Counted from the stretch's first letter, positions 1-9,424 are shown. The stretch is 64,000 bases of DNA from Candidatus Poribacteria bacterium (GCA_022822005.1 JAJECO010000023.1:29904-93903); one strand, 5' to 3'. Translations and numbers: made by a program. The notes: generated by a model from the sequence alone, not told the origin.

Positions 1-1
1 G

Positions 2-403
2 GAACGCGAGGCGGATTTCTATCTGGTCGATAACGCTGGATTGAGGCACCGTTGCGAAGTGAAGTTGATGGGCAGAGGGAATCCAGAAAGTGCGGATGCC
101 GTACATGCCCGTAGCAGCCAAGTTTTTGTTGCGGATAAACTCTCCGACCTGCATAAAGCACAACTCGACGATTCAGACATCCAGTGGGTAGAGCTGCGAG
201 ATGAAAACGGTTACAAGCGGTTTGAGCAGGTCTTAACGGCGTTATCAATTCCTTGTCAACCCTTTGAAGGTGATATACAGTCAGCGTTAGATGAGATCTT
301 TCCAGTTATACTTTCCGACGATGTTCAATCTTCATCAACCCCTGGTATTACTCTTCAAGAGCGGAGTAGTGATGATTCGCAGCTGCTCGTGGACTTTGAA
401 TAA
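2..403 (+). CDS. C-terminal fragment of unknown protein; the 5' end lies outside the window
   Basis: Frame 2 is open from the window edge, with no stop upstream of the ORF-track start at 41. There is no recognisable motif. Confidence 0.35.
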   Translation, partial: EREADFYLVDNAGLRHRCEVKLMGRGNPESADAVHARSSQVFVADKLSDLHKAQLDDSDIQWVELRDENGYKRFEQVLTALSIPCQPFEGDIQSALDEIFPVILSDDVQSSSTPGITLQERSSDDSQLLVDFE

Positions 404-564
404 AATAAAGTGCACAGGGACGGTATCGCCCTAAGCAACTAGACGATCGCCTCCCCATTGTGATGGACGAGGTGACGCCGATTGAGACAGAGTTGAAACT
501 TCCACCCCTTGATGGTGGAACGCAGGAGAAAAGAGTAAATCATGAAATACAATAAGGAGCAAAA

Positions 565-1002
565 ATGAAAAGACTCGTTATCCTTGCATGTTCACAGCGC
601 AAGGTTCAAGGTAAGCGCGTAATGCCTGCGATGGACAGATATGATGGTCCTGCGTATAAGGTTGTGCGGAAGTGGCTGCGCACTATTCCTGATGCTCGGC
701 CCCACCATGATTTTCTCATTTTATCGGCGGAGTTCGGGCTGATTTCCGAGAGCCAGCGTATCCCTTACTATGACCGGCGCATGAGTGTCGAGCGGGCGAA
801 AGAACTGCATGAGGAAACCCTCTATACTCTCAAGCCCATTTTAAGCTCTGGCATCTATCGCGCCGTTTTTGTCTGCATGGGCAAGACCTATCGGGGTGCA
901 ATTGAAGGCGTCAATGCCTTTTTTCCTGACATACAATACTCTCACGGTAGGATTGGTATGCAGCTCTCTCAACTCCGCCAATTTTTGTATAAGGCGGAAT
1001 AA
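565..1002 (+). CDS. hypothetical protein with conserved-looking N-terminal LACSxxK...DRYDGPxY motif
   Basis: AAGGAG RBS 7 nt upstream of the ATG. AT-rich codon usage typical of the island. It is basic, small and has no TM segments. Confidence 0.5.
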   Translation: MKRLVILACSQRKVQGKRVMPAMDRYDGPAYKVVRKWLRTIPDARPHHDFLILSAEFGLISESQRIPYYDRRMSVERAKELHEETLYTLKPILSSGIYRAVFVCMGKTYRGAIEGVNAFFPDIQYSHGRIGMQLSQLRQFLYKAE

Positions 1003-1023
1003 TTACAATAGCGAGGTGAAAGT

Positions 1024-1440
1024 ATGGTTTCAGAGCAAGTAATTAGGCGAATTACCGGTAAAACTGGTTTGTATTATACCGCTTTCAAGTTGTCTGAGCG
1101 TGGTTGGAATGTGTTTCCTCAAGAGAACGGTCTATATAAGCCTAATATATTGGTCTGTGAGAGCCTAGACGGAAACCGAAAGATGTGCGTCCAAGTCAGG
1201 AGCTTTAAGGATCGAGATCCCGTTCAAATCAGCCAAGGGGGTCTGAAGTGCAATTATTGGGTTATGGTGCACGCCATAGCGTCTGGCAAACCAGAGGCTT
1301 ACATTCTGCCTATTGATGAAGTCAAAAAACATCTGAAGCACAACGCCGGTGGGAGTGCCGTATGGTTAAATGAGAAGTTTAAGTATTATGAAGACAATCA
1401 ATTCAAAGAAAAATGGGAACAAATAGGAAACGGCTTTTAA
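1024..1440 (+). CDS. putative Hjc-like PD-(D/E)xK-fold protein, catalytic residues apparently degenerate
   Basis: GAGGTGA RBS. The pattern G..(S)ER.....-NILV-...VQVRS resembles the Hjc-type nuclease core, but with N/Q/R at the usual D/E/K positions. Confidence 0.35.
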   Translation: MVSEQVIRRITGKTGLYYTAFKLSERGWNVFPQENGLYKPNILVCESLDGNRKMCVQVRSFKDRDPVQISQGGLKCNYWVMVHAIASGKPEAYILPIDEVKKHLKHNAGGSAVWLNEKFKYYEDNQFKEKWEQIGNGF

Positions 1441-1674
1441 TCAACCCAGTATAAATTTACACTTTTTCACGTGAAGCGATGTCCTTGTTGATTTTGTGTA
1501 AAGCGTTTAGGGCAAATGCTTGATAAAATATGTTATCAGACATTTTGAGGTCATTTTTGGGGAAAGAAAGAAAATAAGATCCAGTCATAGCAAGGATCTT
1601 AACAGTCTCAATGAGCAAAAAATATGTCCGATAATTGTAGCGGAGCGATTTTGAAGTAGAACAAGGAGAACAAT

Positions 1675-1965
1675 ATGGCAAATTTACATGGTTTACAACC
1701 TAAACAACTTGCTCGGATTGGTATGTTTTATCTTGAGGAAGCAATTTTAGATGTGTTGTTTGAAGCAGAAATGGGCAATCGGCAAGGATTAGGTCCTACA
1801 GAAATTAGCAAGAGGCTTGGCACTTTTCTGCCATGGTATAACCCCGGAGATCTTATCGTTGCCGGTTTTCTAATAAAACTCGAAAATCAAGGCTTAGTCG
1901 TGCATCCTAGGCGCGGTGATTGGAGACTATCCGAAAAGGGGCGTGAAAATCGCCGTCACGATTGA
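1675..1965 (+). CDS. small winged-helix DNA-binding protein
   Basis: AAGGAG RBS. A 96-aa protein with the segment ISKRLG...GFLIKLENQGLV, typical of a wHTH recognition helix and wing. Confidence 0.5.
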   Translation: MANLHGLQPKQLARIGMFYLEEAILDVLFEAEMGNRQGLGPTEISKRLGTFLPWYNPGDLIVAGFLIKLENQGLVVHPRRGDWRLSEKGRENRRHD

Positions 1966-1981
1966 TGAAGGGAGCGTCAAT

Positions 1982-2461
1982 ATGCGAACCGTCAGGGTTG
2001 AATGGGAGGGACCACTCTCTCTTGACAAAGTGAAAGAGTTAGACGACAGAGACGAGGACTGCGGTTTATACCAGATCTATGGTCGCCACATCATCTTCGG
2101 AGATGATTCCCTGCTCTACATTGGAATGACAACCTCGACTTTCAGGCGACGATTTATTGATGGCACCGAACCACACATATCGTGGCTAGTGGAGGAGGAG
2201 GGGGTGTCGGTTTATGTGGGTCGAATTGCGGAAGAAGATTATGAGCATGATCCGCCACATTGGTCAGATTGGGAGAATGTTCTCAAGGATGCTGAAGCAC
2301 TTACCATCAAATGGCACTCACCGCCATATAATTCACGCAACATTGAAACCTATAACGGTCAGCGCCTGGAAGTTGTGAATCTTGGTAGTTACGGTAGTTT
2401 ATGCAAAAAATACAGAAGTCGAGACCGTAAAAGGTGGGGGTGGTCAGGAGATTACGGTTAG
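1982..2461 (+). CDS. GIY-YIG nuclease-domain protein
   Basis: GLYQIYG...LLYIGMT...FRRRF matches the GIY-(10-15 aa)-YIG-Arg core. ATG at 1982 with a GAAGGGA RBS. A GTG at 1916 is an alternative start that would overlap the wHTH gene. Confidence 0.6.
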   Translation: MRTVRVEWEGPLSLDKVKELDDRDEDCGLYQIYGRHIIFGDDSLLYIGMTTSTFRRRFIDGTEPHISWLVEEEGVSVYVGRIAEEDYEHDPPHWSDWENVLKDAEALTIKWHSPPYNSRNIETYNGQRLEVVNLGSYGSLCKKYRSRDRKRWGWSGDYG

Positions 2462-2773
2462 TCTTTTGATTGTTTCCAAATGAAAGGGGGAATTAGCGAA
2501 TAAGAGCAGCATAGAATCAATAGGGAGGCACCATTGAGATAACGTAAGACAAAAGTTGTGTCGTCGGAAATTTGCTTTGCCTGTTTTAATGCCGAAACAT
2601 TAAGCGAATGTGCCGGTTCATTCCAGAAGGGTTTTAGAAATGCCGATGGCAATCCGAGACGTGAAAAGGTCACGATAAATATCCGAAGAATCCCGGATGA
2701 CGCCCTTGTTGCTATTCGGGAATTCTAGCCCAAAACCACGGCGACGTTGGACGGGTAGAGGAAGATTTGACAA

Positions 2774-3205
2774 ATGGATTCTATAAAAGACTTTATAACT
2801 GACTGGTCAATTATGGGAGCTATTCTAAAAATAGTAATAGTTGCTTCTCCATTCTTAATCAGACAAATAGCCAAACTTGTCAACCTCAGAAAAGACATGG
2901 AAGGACTCAAATTAATTATAGACGGGGACAAAAAGCAAATTGCTACTGACAGAGCAAATACTAAGGAAGATATGGAGTACGCTAAGAAATACAGGGACGA
3001 AGCTAGGGCAGATAAAATCGCAATTGAACAAATGAAAGAAGATATTACAAAAAAAGTAGAAGCCGTCAACAGTCAACTTTCTAGCGCCCGAAGCCGCGCA
3101 GAGCTTAGCTCCATAGGTGGTGAAACAGAAAGGGCTAGCAGAGAAAAACGGATAGAGTTAGAAAAGATCGCAGAGATAGTTAAGAAACACCTGAAGCCAT
3201 ATTAA
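2774..3205 (+). CDS. membrane-anchored coiled-coil protein
   Basis: N-terminal hydrophobic helix (WSIMGAILKIVIVASPFLI) followed by a Lys/Glu-rich coiled-coil. About 35% GC. Confidence 0.45.
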   Translation: MDSIKDFITDWSIMGAILKIVIVASPFLIRQIAKLVNLRKDMEGLKLIIDGDKKQIATDRANTKEDMEYAKKYRDEARADKIAIEQMKEDITKKVEAVNSQLSSARSRAELSSIGGETERASREKRIELEKIAEIVKKHLKPY

Positions 3206-3284
3206 AGATTGGAACTTTTCAAGAGGTGTTGTGGAATACTTTGAATATCGACGCATTTCAAAAAAATAAAAGGAGATTGCCATT

Positions 3285-4004
3285 ATGCAACTTGGAGACA
3301 TACCCGACTCAAACCTTCGCACTGTGATTGCCGTTCAACTTGAAGAGCAGGCAGTTAATGATTTAGCTGATGCGCGGGAATTAAATTTACAAGAGACTGG
3401 TATAAGCAAATTGGATGGACTTGAAAAGGCAAAGAAGTTGGTTGTTCTAAGAGCAGGCGGTAATTCTATCTCCGATTTGTCGCCTTTGAAAGAGTTAACC
3501 AATTTGAAGACTCTCGATTTTTGGGGGAATACGATAGAAAATATTTTACCTCTAAAAGGATTGAAAAATTTGCGTGGATTGTGGTTCCAGAACAATCAGA
3601 TAAAGGATTTGTCCCCTTTGGAGGACTTAATCAACCTAGAATATCTGAATCTTGAGGGCAATAAGATAAAACATATTACCTCTTTACAGGGGCTAACTAA
3701 TCTGAGGTGGCTATGGCTACAAAACAACTCAATAGAAGACATATCATCGCTTGCTGATATGGAAGGATTGGAGGGTTTGTGGCTTCAGGATAACTTGATA
3801 ACCAACATTGCGACTCTGAAGAGAATTTCCAAACTGACAAGGCTGGAGATTGACATAAATTCACTGTCAGATTTTGAATATCTAAAAGGACTAAGGAATA
3901 AGCATAGACTAGTGGTTGAGATAGAATCTCCAGTACCTTTGAGTTTCTTCGACGGTGACGGGCGAGGAGGCATCCTGAAAGTGGTTGTTAGGGAATATAA
4001 TTAG
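3285..4004 (+). CDS. leucine-rich-repeat (internalin-type) protein
   Basis: About eight 22-aa repeats of LxxLxxLxxLxLxxNxIxDIxxL. AAGGAG RBS. No signal peptide. Confidence 0.7.
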   Translation: MQLGDIPDSNLRTVIAVQLEEQAVNDLADARELNLQETGISKLDGLEKAKKLVVLRAGGNSISDLSPLKELTNLKTLDFWGNTIENILPLKGLKNLRGLWFQNNQIKDLSPLEDLINLEYLNLEGNKIKHITSLQGLTNLRWLWLQNNSIEDISSLADMEGLEGLWLQDNLITNIATLKRISKLTRLEIDINSLSDFEYLKGLRNKHRLVVEIESPVPLSFFDGDGRGGILKVVVREYN

Positions 4005-4106
4005 GGGTGTTATTTATAATTTTCAACGATTTACGGGCGATGGATTGGACATCTGACTGAACATCGGGGTAGTCCCTGTTTAATTCTGATCTTTCCGAGT
4101 TCGCCA

Positions 4107-5399
4107 ATGCAGCCCAGGAGATCCTCCTTGAGCACAACAACAACCAATAGCAGCGAACCAATCGGATACCGTGAACTGATTCGCGGCAACCGTAATTTTC
4201 GCCTGCTCTGGTTTGGACAGATTATCAGCCTCCTGGGGGATTGGTTCAACTTTGTCGCTTCCGCTTCGCTCATCGCAATACTCACCCAGTCCGGGTTCGC
4301 TGTCGGCAGCCTCTTCGTCGTCCGGATGCTCGCCCCATTCTTCATCAGTCCCATCGCTGGTGTGGTCGCCGACCGTTATAACCGCAAAAATATCCTCATC
4401 ATAACCGACCTAACGCGTGCTGTAGCCGCATTCGGTTTCCTCTTCGTCCGGAGCGCCGATCATGTCTGGCTCCTTTACGTTCTCACCGCCCTCCAACTCG
4501 GCATCAGCGGCTTCTTCTTCCCCACACGCAATGCAATTTTACCCGATATAGTTTCATCACAAGGGCTTGGTGCTGCCAACGCCTTAGGGTCCGCGACATG
4601 GTCGGTTATGCTCGCCGTGGGCGCTGCCATCGGCGGAATAGTGTCCGGCGCGTGGGGCATCTACCCCGCCTTTGTCATTGACGGCTTGACCTTTCTCCTC
4701 TCTGCTGCATTCATCATTCCCATTAAACTTGATGCGAAACCCGCCCCCGCGGCGTCGGACAAAACTATGGGGGCTGCCGTCACGGAGTACCTCGACGGTT
4801 TACGTTATCTGGGCAGGCATACCGATACACTGGTCGTCGCACTACATAAAGCCGCCAGCGCACTGGTGATGGGGTCAGGATCTCAGGTCGCAATGGTCGT
4901 CATCGCCAAAGATATCTTTGTAATTGGGGAAGGTGGGGGTATCAGTCTCGGTCTCATGCTTGGGATGGGCGGCATCGGAACAGGGATCGGTCCCATTATC
5001 GCTCGCCATTTCACCGGGGATCGGGATCGTCCGTTGCGGTATGCCATCATTTTGGGCTATCTGATGGGCGCTGTGGGACTGGCAATCGTCGCGCCGATGA
5101 TCCAATTCGGCTGGGTGCTTCTGGGTGTCACCCTCCGTGGAATTGGCGGGGGAATTATATGGGTGTTCTCAACACAACTCTTATTGCAGCTCGCCCCCAA
5201 TTCGGTGCGTGGCAGGGTTTTCTCCACCGACTATGCCCTTTTTACACTGATGAGCGCCATCGGTTCTGCGGCTGCGGGCGGGGCACTCGACGCCTCACTG
5301 AGCCTCCCTGCAATTTTCTGGTGGATGGCGGGTTTGACGGTGATCCCAGCGGTTCTCTGGGCGGCATGGCTGGGCGACAGAACCGAACACGAAACGTAA
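4107..5399 (+). CDS. MFS transporter
   Basis: 12 predicted TM segments. N-terminal FRLLWFGQ...LGDW motif of EntS/macrolide-efflux-like MFS transporters. Confidence 0.8.
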   Translation: MQPRRSSLSTTTTNSSEPIGYRELIRGNRNFRLLWFGQIISLLGDWFNFVASASLIAILTQSGFAVGSLFVVRMLAPFFISPIAGVVADRYNRKNILIITDLTRAVAAFGFLFVRSADHVWLLYVLTALQLGISGFFFPTRNAILPDIVSSQGLGAANALGSATWSVMLAVGAAIGGIVSGAWGIYPAFVIDGLTFLLSAAFIIPIKLDAKPAPAASDKTMGAAVTEYLDGLRYLGRHTDTLVVALHKAASALVMGSGSQVAMVVIAKDIFVIGEGGGISLGLMLGMGGIGTGIGPIIARHFTGDRDRPLRYAIILGYLMGAVGLAIVAPMIQFGWVLLGVTLRGIGGGIIWVFSTQLLLQLAPNSVRGRVFSTDYALFTLMSAIGSAAAGGALDASLSLPAIFWWMAGLTVIPAVLWAAWLGDRTEHET

Positions 5400-5411
5400 T
5401 GCGTGAAACAT

Positions 5412-5459
5412 AAAAACGAGAAGACGAGCTAAAGCCTTTGTCCCGTTATCTCGTTTTCT
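5412..5459. terminator. hairpin between convergent genes, possibly a bidirectional terminator
   Basis: AAAACGAGA....TCTCGTTTT inverted repeat between the MFS gene (+) and the isomerase gene (-). Confidence 0.3.
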
Positions 5460-5490
5460 ACTTCCTTGCGTCTTTGCGTTAAGATAGGTT

Positions 5491-6201
5491 TCACTGACCG
5501 AATCCGAGACTGCGGAGATGTGCGACCGCTTGCTTCATATCTCCGGGTGCCTGCATAATCCACGGTCCCTGAAAACCCACGTCTTCAAGAACCCCCTTGA
5601 CACCAGCGAAATCCACCGCCCCCGTACCCAGCGTTGGAAAATCCCATTCGTCAAAATTACCGCTGTGGTCCTTCAAATGGGCGCTCACAACATACTGTGC
5701 AATCTTTTTCAATTCCGTGACCGCATCCGCCCCATCCGTATAGAAACTGATATTCCCCGTATCGTAATTGATTCTTACATTCGGGTGGTCGGTAGCGTCC
5801 ATGGTTTTCAACGCAACCTCGGCATTATGCACCAGCGATGGATGCGTTTCAAGTGCGACAGTGATGCCACGCTGTGCCGCCTCATCACCCATCGTTTTCA
5901 GCCAATCGCAGACCTTTGGTCTCATTTCTTCATCGGCTTTGATGCTACTGAGTGCGAGATCTATGCCCATCTTGACCGCCGCATCAAACGCGTTTACCCA
6001 CGCCTGGCTCGCCGCCTCAGTGGCAACGGTATCCTCTTCGAGATATAACGCGGTCAATCCGATGGCTTGCAGCCCCTTCGCTTTGAGATCGGCCTGAAGT
6101 TCTTCGACCTTGTCAGGTTCAGGGGCACCGACTTGAACATATCGGATGCCGTGTTCTAAAAGCTCTGCACCGCCCCCTATATTTGCCAATACGTTTGCCA
6201 T
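5491..6201 (-). CDS. sugar phosphate isomerase/epimerase (xylose-isomerase-like TIM barrel)
   Basis: ALETHP and HLKD motifs. AAGGAG RBS. Confidence 0.75.
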   Translation of the reverse strand: MANVLANIGGGAELLEHGIRYVQVGAPEPDKVEELQADLKAKGLQAIGLTALYLEEDTVATEAASQAWVNAFDAAVKMGIDLALSSIKADEEMRPKVCDWLKTMGDEAAQRGITVALETHPSLVHNAEVALKTMDATDHPNVRINYDTGNISFYTDGADAVTELKKIAQYVVSAHLKDHSGNFDEWDFPTLGTGAVDFAGVKGVLEDVGFQGPWIMQAPGDMKQAVAHLRSLGFGQ

Positions 6202-6420
6202 ACCGACTCCTTTCTGCGCGGGTGAAACCGCGCTTCCGCTCTTCTCGACTTATGCACTTTGTGCGTGACTATGCACTATCTTACACCCTTGGCGGACGGA
6301 TCGCAAGCCGTTTGTTGAGTTGGTCTAAATTTTTTGCCCTTTTTTTCTAATCGTGCTATAATGTTTGCTCAATTGCCAGAGTCTTTTCCGCCGCTAAATG
6401 AGTGAGGAACGGTTTGCAAC

Positions 6421-7293
6421 ATGCTTAACGATTCACAAATCGCGACATTCAAAGAAGAAGGTTACCTGATTATTGAGAACCTCTTTACCGATGACGATCT
6501 GCGCCCCGTGAAGGACGAGTTCAGCACCGTTGTCGAACAGCAGGCACAGCAACTACATCAAGCTGGGCGGCTGAGCGATTTGTACAAAAACGAGTCATTT
6601 GAACAGCGTCTGGCAAAAATTGCTGCCGAAGCACCCGAAGCGACCTCCGCACTACAAACCCGTGCCCATAAAGACGAGGCATTCTTTCAGTTCCTGAAAC
6701 ACCCCAAAATTCTTGACCGGGTCGAGTCGCTGGTGGGTCCCGATATCCTGTGCCACCCCTCCTACAACATCCATCCACGCCTACCGGGAGGATATACCAC
6801 CCCGCATCAGGATGCCGGATTTTACCTGCCCGATGGCGATGAGACGTTGATTCTGGCATGCCTGATACCGCTCGTTGATACCACACCTGAAAATGGGTGT
6901 CTATGGGTCGCCCCACGCCGACATAAGGAAGGCGTTTTGCGCCATGTCTGGGGCGAGGATGGACTAAACATCTCCCCTGAAGAGCTCTCAGAAGAAGAAC
7001 GACAGCCAGTGCCTACAAAGGTAGGCAGCATGGTGATGTTTACCAGTATGACGCCGCACGGTTCGCGGGTTAATAATACAGATACCATCCGTTGGAGTAT
7101 GGATCTGCGCTACCAAGCACTGGGGAAGCCCACGGGACGTTGGTATGTCCCCGGCTTTGTCGCTCGGAGCCGCTCCAACCCTGAATTAGAAACACCGAAC
7201 TGCACGGCGTGGATTGCTGAAGTGGAACGCGTCGAGCAGAAGGCGAATAAATACCCCGAATGGCCACGCTACCGTTGGCCCCAGACATCATAG
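6421..7293 (+). CDS. phytanoyl-CoA dioxygenase (PhyH) family Fe(II)/2OG oxygenase
   Basis: N-terminal F..EGYL.I.N.F pattern, the HQD iron ligands and a distal His. Confidence 0.75.
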   Translation: MLNDSQIATFKEEGYLIIENLFTDDDLRPVKDEFSTVVEQQAQQLHQAGRLSDLYKNESFEQRLAKIAAEAPEATSALQTRAHKDEAFFQFLKHPKILDRVESLVGPDILCHPSYNIHPRLPGGYTTPHQDAGFYLPDGDETLILACLIPLVDTTPENGCLWVAPRRHKEGVLRHVWGEDGLNISPEELSEEERQPVPTKVGSMVMFTSMTPHGSRVNNTDTIRWSMDLRYQALGKPTGRWYVPGFVARSRSNPELETPNCTAWIAEVERVEQKANKYPEWPRYRWPQTS

Positions 7294-7345
7294 ATAACCC
7301 AAGCGCAACTGTGTAATTCGTAAACCTGTTCTAAGGATTTTCTCT

Positions 7346-8158
7346 ATGGTCCGAATCCCAATAACCATGTGCCACGGCATCAGGCATGACGGCGACTATC
7401 CATTGACCGCGGACCATCTCGACAGACTGGTGAAAATTGCTGCCGAACTGAACTTTGAATCCATCAATTACGATCAGCTTTTTCAATGGTTCCAAGAGGG
7501 AGAGGAGTTGCCGCATCGACCGATCATGTTTGACTTCGATCACCCTGTGAAGTCAATGCGTTATGAAATACATGATGTCCTGAACAAATACGGCTACGCT
7601 GGAAATCTGTTTGTCAATACCGGACCGGTAGATGAACTCTACGCCAAGCCTATGCCGTCGGATCTCGTCCGTGAGACTATGACCTGGGACGAGATGGGCC
7701 AGCTCATAGAAAGCGGTTGGCATATCGGGGCACATACGGTAACGCATCCGAACCTGTCTGAACTCTCCCTTGAGGATGCGTCCGGCGAAAAATTACGGGC
7801 GGAACTGGAGCGGTGCGATGAAACATTGAAAAAGCATCTCGGAATTACGCCAAAAGACTTCGCTTTTACAGGCACAAGTTGGAGCAGTATCGCAGAACGT
7901 GAAGTCTCAAAAAGATATCGGTTTGGCAGGCTCTGGATTGTGGGAACAGAATATCAAGTTGATGGCAAGAGGACGAGATACGCCGATCTCGTCGGGGTTG
8001 ATGGTCCCGACGAAGCGGACGGTGGACCGCCAATAGCGGCGCGTTATATCACAAAGGATTCGCCCCCTTATCGTCTGCCATCGATGGAAATTCAGAGATC
8101 CCTAATTTATGACACCGACGCGTTTCGCCGTTACCTTGAAGGCGCACTAAAGACTTAG
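7346..8158 (+). CDS. polysaccharide deacetylase (NodB-homology) family protein
   Basis: FDFDHP and GAHTVTHPNL motifs. Confidence 0.7.
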   Translation: MVRIPITMCHGIRHDGDYPLTADHLDRLVKIAAELNFESINYDQLFQWFQEGEELPHRPIMFDFDHPVKSMRYEIHDVLNKYGYAGNLFVNTGPVDELYAKPMPSDLVRETMTWDEMGQLIESGWHIGAHTVTHPNLSELSLEDASGEKLRAELERCDETLKKHLGITPKDFAFTGTSWSSIAEREVSKRYRFGRLWIVGTEYQVDGKRTRYADLVGVDGPDEADGGPPIAARYITKDSPPYRLPSMEIQRSLIYDTDAFRRYLEGALKT

Positions 8159-8176
8159 GCTTATGTAAAAAGAAAT

Positions 8177-8233
8177 AGGAGTTACGCACTTCAGATTGTA
8201 GCTGCCTGTTTCTTAATCCCGATTTATCGGGGA
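8177..8233. repeat. 57-bp repeat unit (copy 1 of 2), including the CCCGATTTATCGGG hairpin
   Basis: Nearly identical to 19727-19783. Confidence 0.7.
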
Positions 8234-8303
8234 TTTAAGGATTTTCAGGATAGAAACCGGAACGTGACATGGGACTATTTTAGAAAGGGACAGGGGGTAT
8301 TTA

Positions 8304-8380
8304 GCCCCAGCGGGGCGACATGTTTATAGCATACGGATAGCCCCATACCCCAAAGCCCCAGCGGGGCGACATGTGCCATT
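8304..8380. repeat. two direct copies of the 21-bp motif AGCCCCAGCGGGGCGACATGT
   Basis: Each copy contains a GCCCC-AGC-GGGGC hairpin. The copies are about 50 bp apart. Confidence 0.7.
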
Positions 8381-8506
8381 TGTCTGAATCGCAGATTGCT
8401 CTCTCACACGAAAGCGATTTATGTACACCCCTCAATTACTTGGACACTGCAAATCGGCGAGGTAGGCAAACCTCGACTACTAGGGTTAGAAAAATCTGGG
8501 CTATCA

Positions 8507-8600
8507 CCCGGTAGGTGCGGTTTTTAACCGCACTGAAGCGGCGCAGTTAGAAACAGCGCCTACCAAACATGACGAGCAAAAGTGTCTATTTGTTTTTAGA
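8507..8600. repeat. REP-like block (GTGCGGTT-TTT-AACCGCAC hairpin plus AAAGTGTCTATTTGTTTTTA), copy upstream of the SDR gene
   Basis: Direct repeat of 9425-9507. The pair flanks the SDR gene 8632-9399. Confidence 0.7.
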
Positions 8601-8631
8601 ATTCACTATAAATGTTAAAGGAAGTAAATAG

Positions 8632-9399
8632 ATGGCATCAATCGATTTTTCATTGATCGACAAGGTTGTTCTCGTAACCGGTGCAGGGAAAGGTATCGGC
8701 AAAGAGATTGCGCTCGCTTGTGCGGACGCCGGAGCCGACATCGTCGCAGGAAGCCGCACCGTCAGTGAAGTTGAACAGGTAGCGGAGGAGGTTCGCAAAG
8801 CAGGTCAACGCGCAGAAGCATGGCAACTGGACGTTGCGGACGTTTCAAGCATTGAGGGATTCATACAGAAGACGCTCGACACCTTTGGTAGAATTGATGT
8901 ACTAGTCAACAACGCCGGAGTCAACAAGGTCCAGCCCGCGCTTGATGTCACCGAAGAAGACTTCGATTATATCGTGGACGTAAACTTTAAGGGCACCTTC
9001 TTCATGAGCCAGATGACGGCGAAGTCGATGATTGAGAACGGTATTCGGGGACGTATCATCAACATCAGTTCGCAAGTCGGTGTTGTCGGCGGACCACTAC
9101 GAGCACCCTATAGCGGCGCGAAGGGCGCCGTTTGCCTACTCACCAAATCGTTAGCCGCGGAATGGGCAACGCACGGCATCACAGTCAACTCGGTCGCACC
9201 AACCGTCACCCGCACACCCCTTTCAGAAGGGGCACTGAAAAACCCCGAATTTCAGAAGATGGTAAACGAAAATGTTCTGATGGGGCGGATCGCAGAACCG
9301 GAAGAAATCGCAGCAGCGGTTATCTACCTCGCAAGCGATATAGCCGGCATGGTCACCGGACACACACATCTTGTCGATGGCGGATGGACTGCGGTTTGA
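8632..9399 (+). CDS. SDR-family oxidoreductase
   Basis: TGAGKGIG, NNAG and YSGAKGAV motifs. Confidence 0.85.
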   Translation: MASIDFSLIDKVVLVTGAGKGIGKEIALACADAGADIVAGSRTVSEVEQVAEEVRKAGQRAEAWQLDVADVSSIEGFIQKTLDTFGRIDVLVNNAGVNKVQPALDVTEEDFDYIVDVNFKGTFFMSQMTAKSMIENGIRGRIINISSQVGVVGGPLRAPYSGAKGAVCLLTKSLAAEWATHGITVNSVAPTVTRTPLSEGALKNPEFQKMVNENVLMGRIAEPEEIAAAVIYLASDIAGMVTGHTHLVDGGWTAV

Positions 9400-9424
9400 C
9401 GGCATGAATTATATTGCCCCCAGA

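Noticed and set aside
1457-1681. 74-aa minus-strand ORF in the spacer between the island genes
   Set aside because: AT-rich spacer, no RBS, opposite to all flanking genes and with hydrophobic low-complexity content. It is more likely promoter or terminator DNA for the wHTH/GIY-YIG pair.
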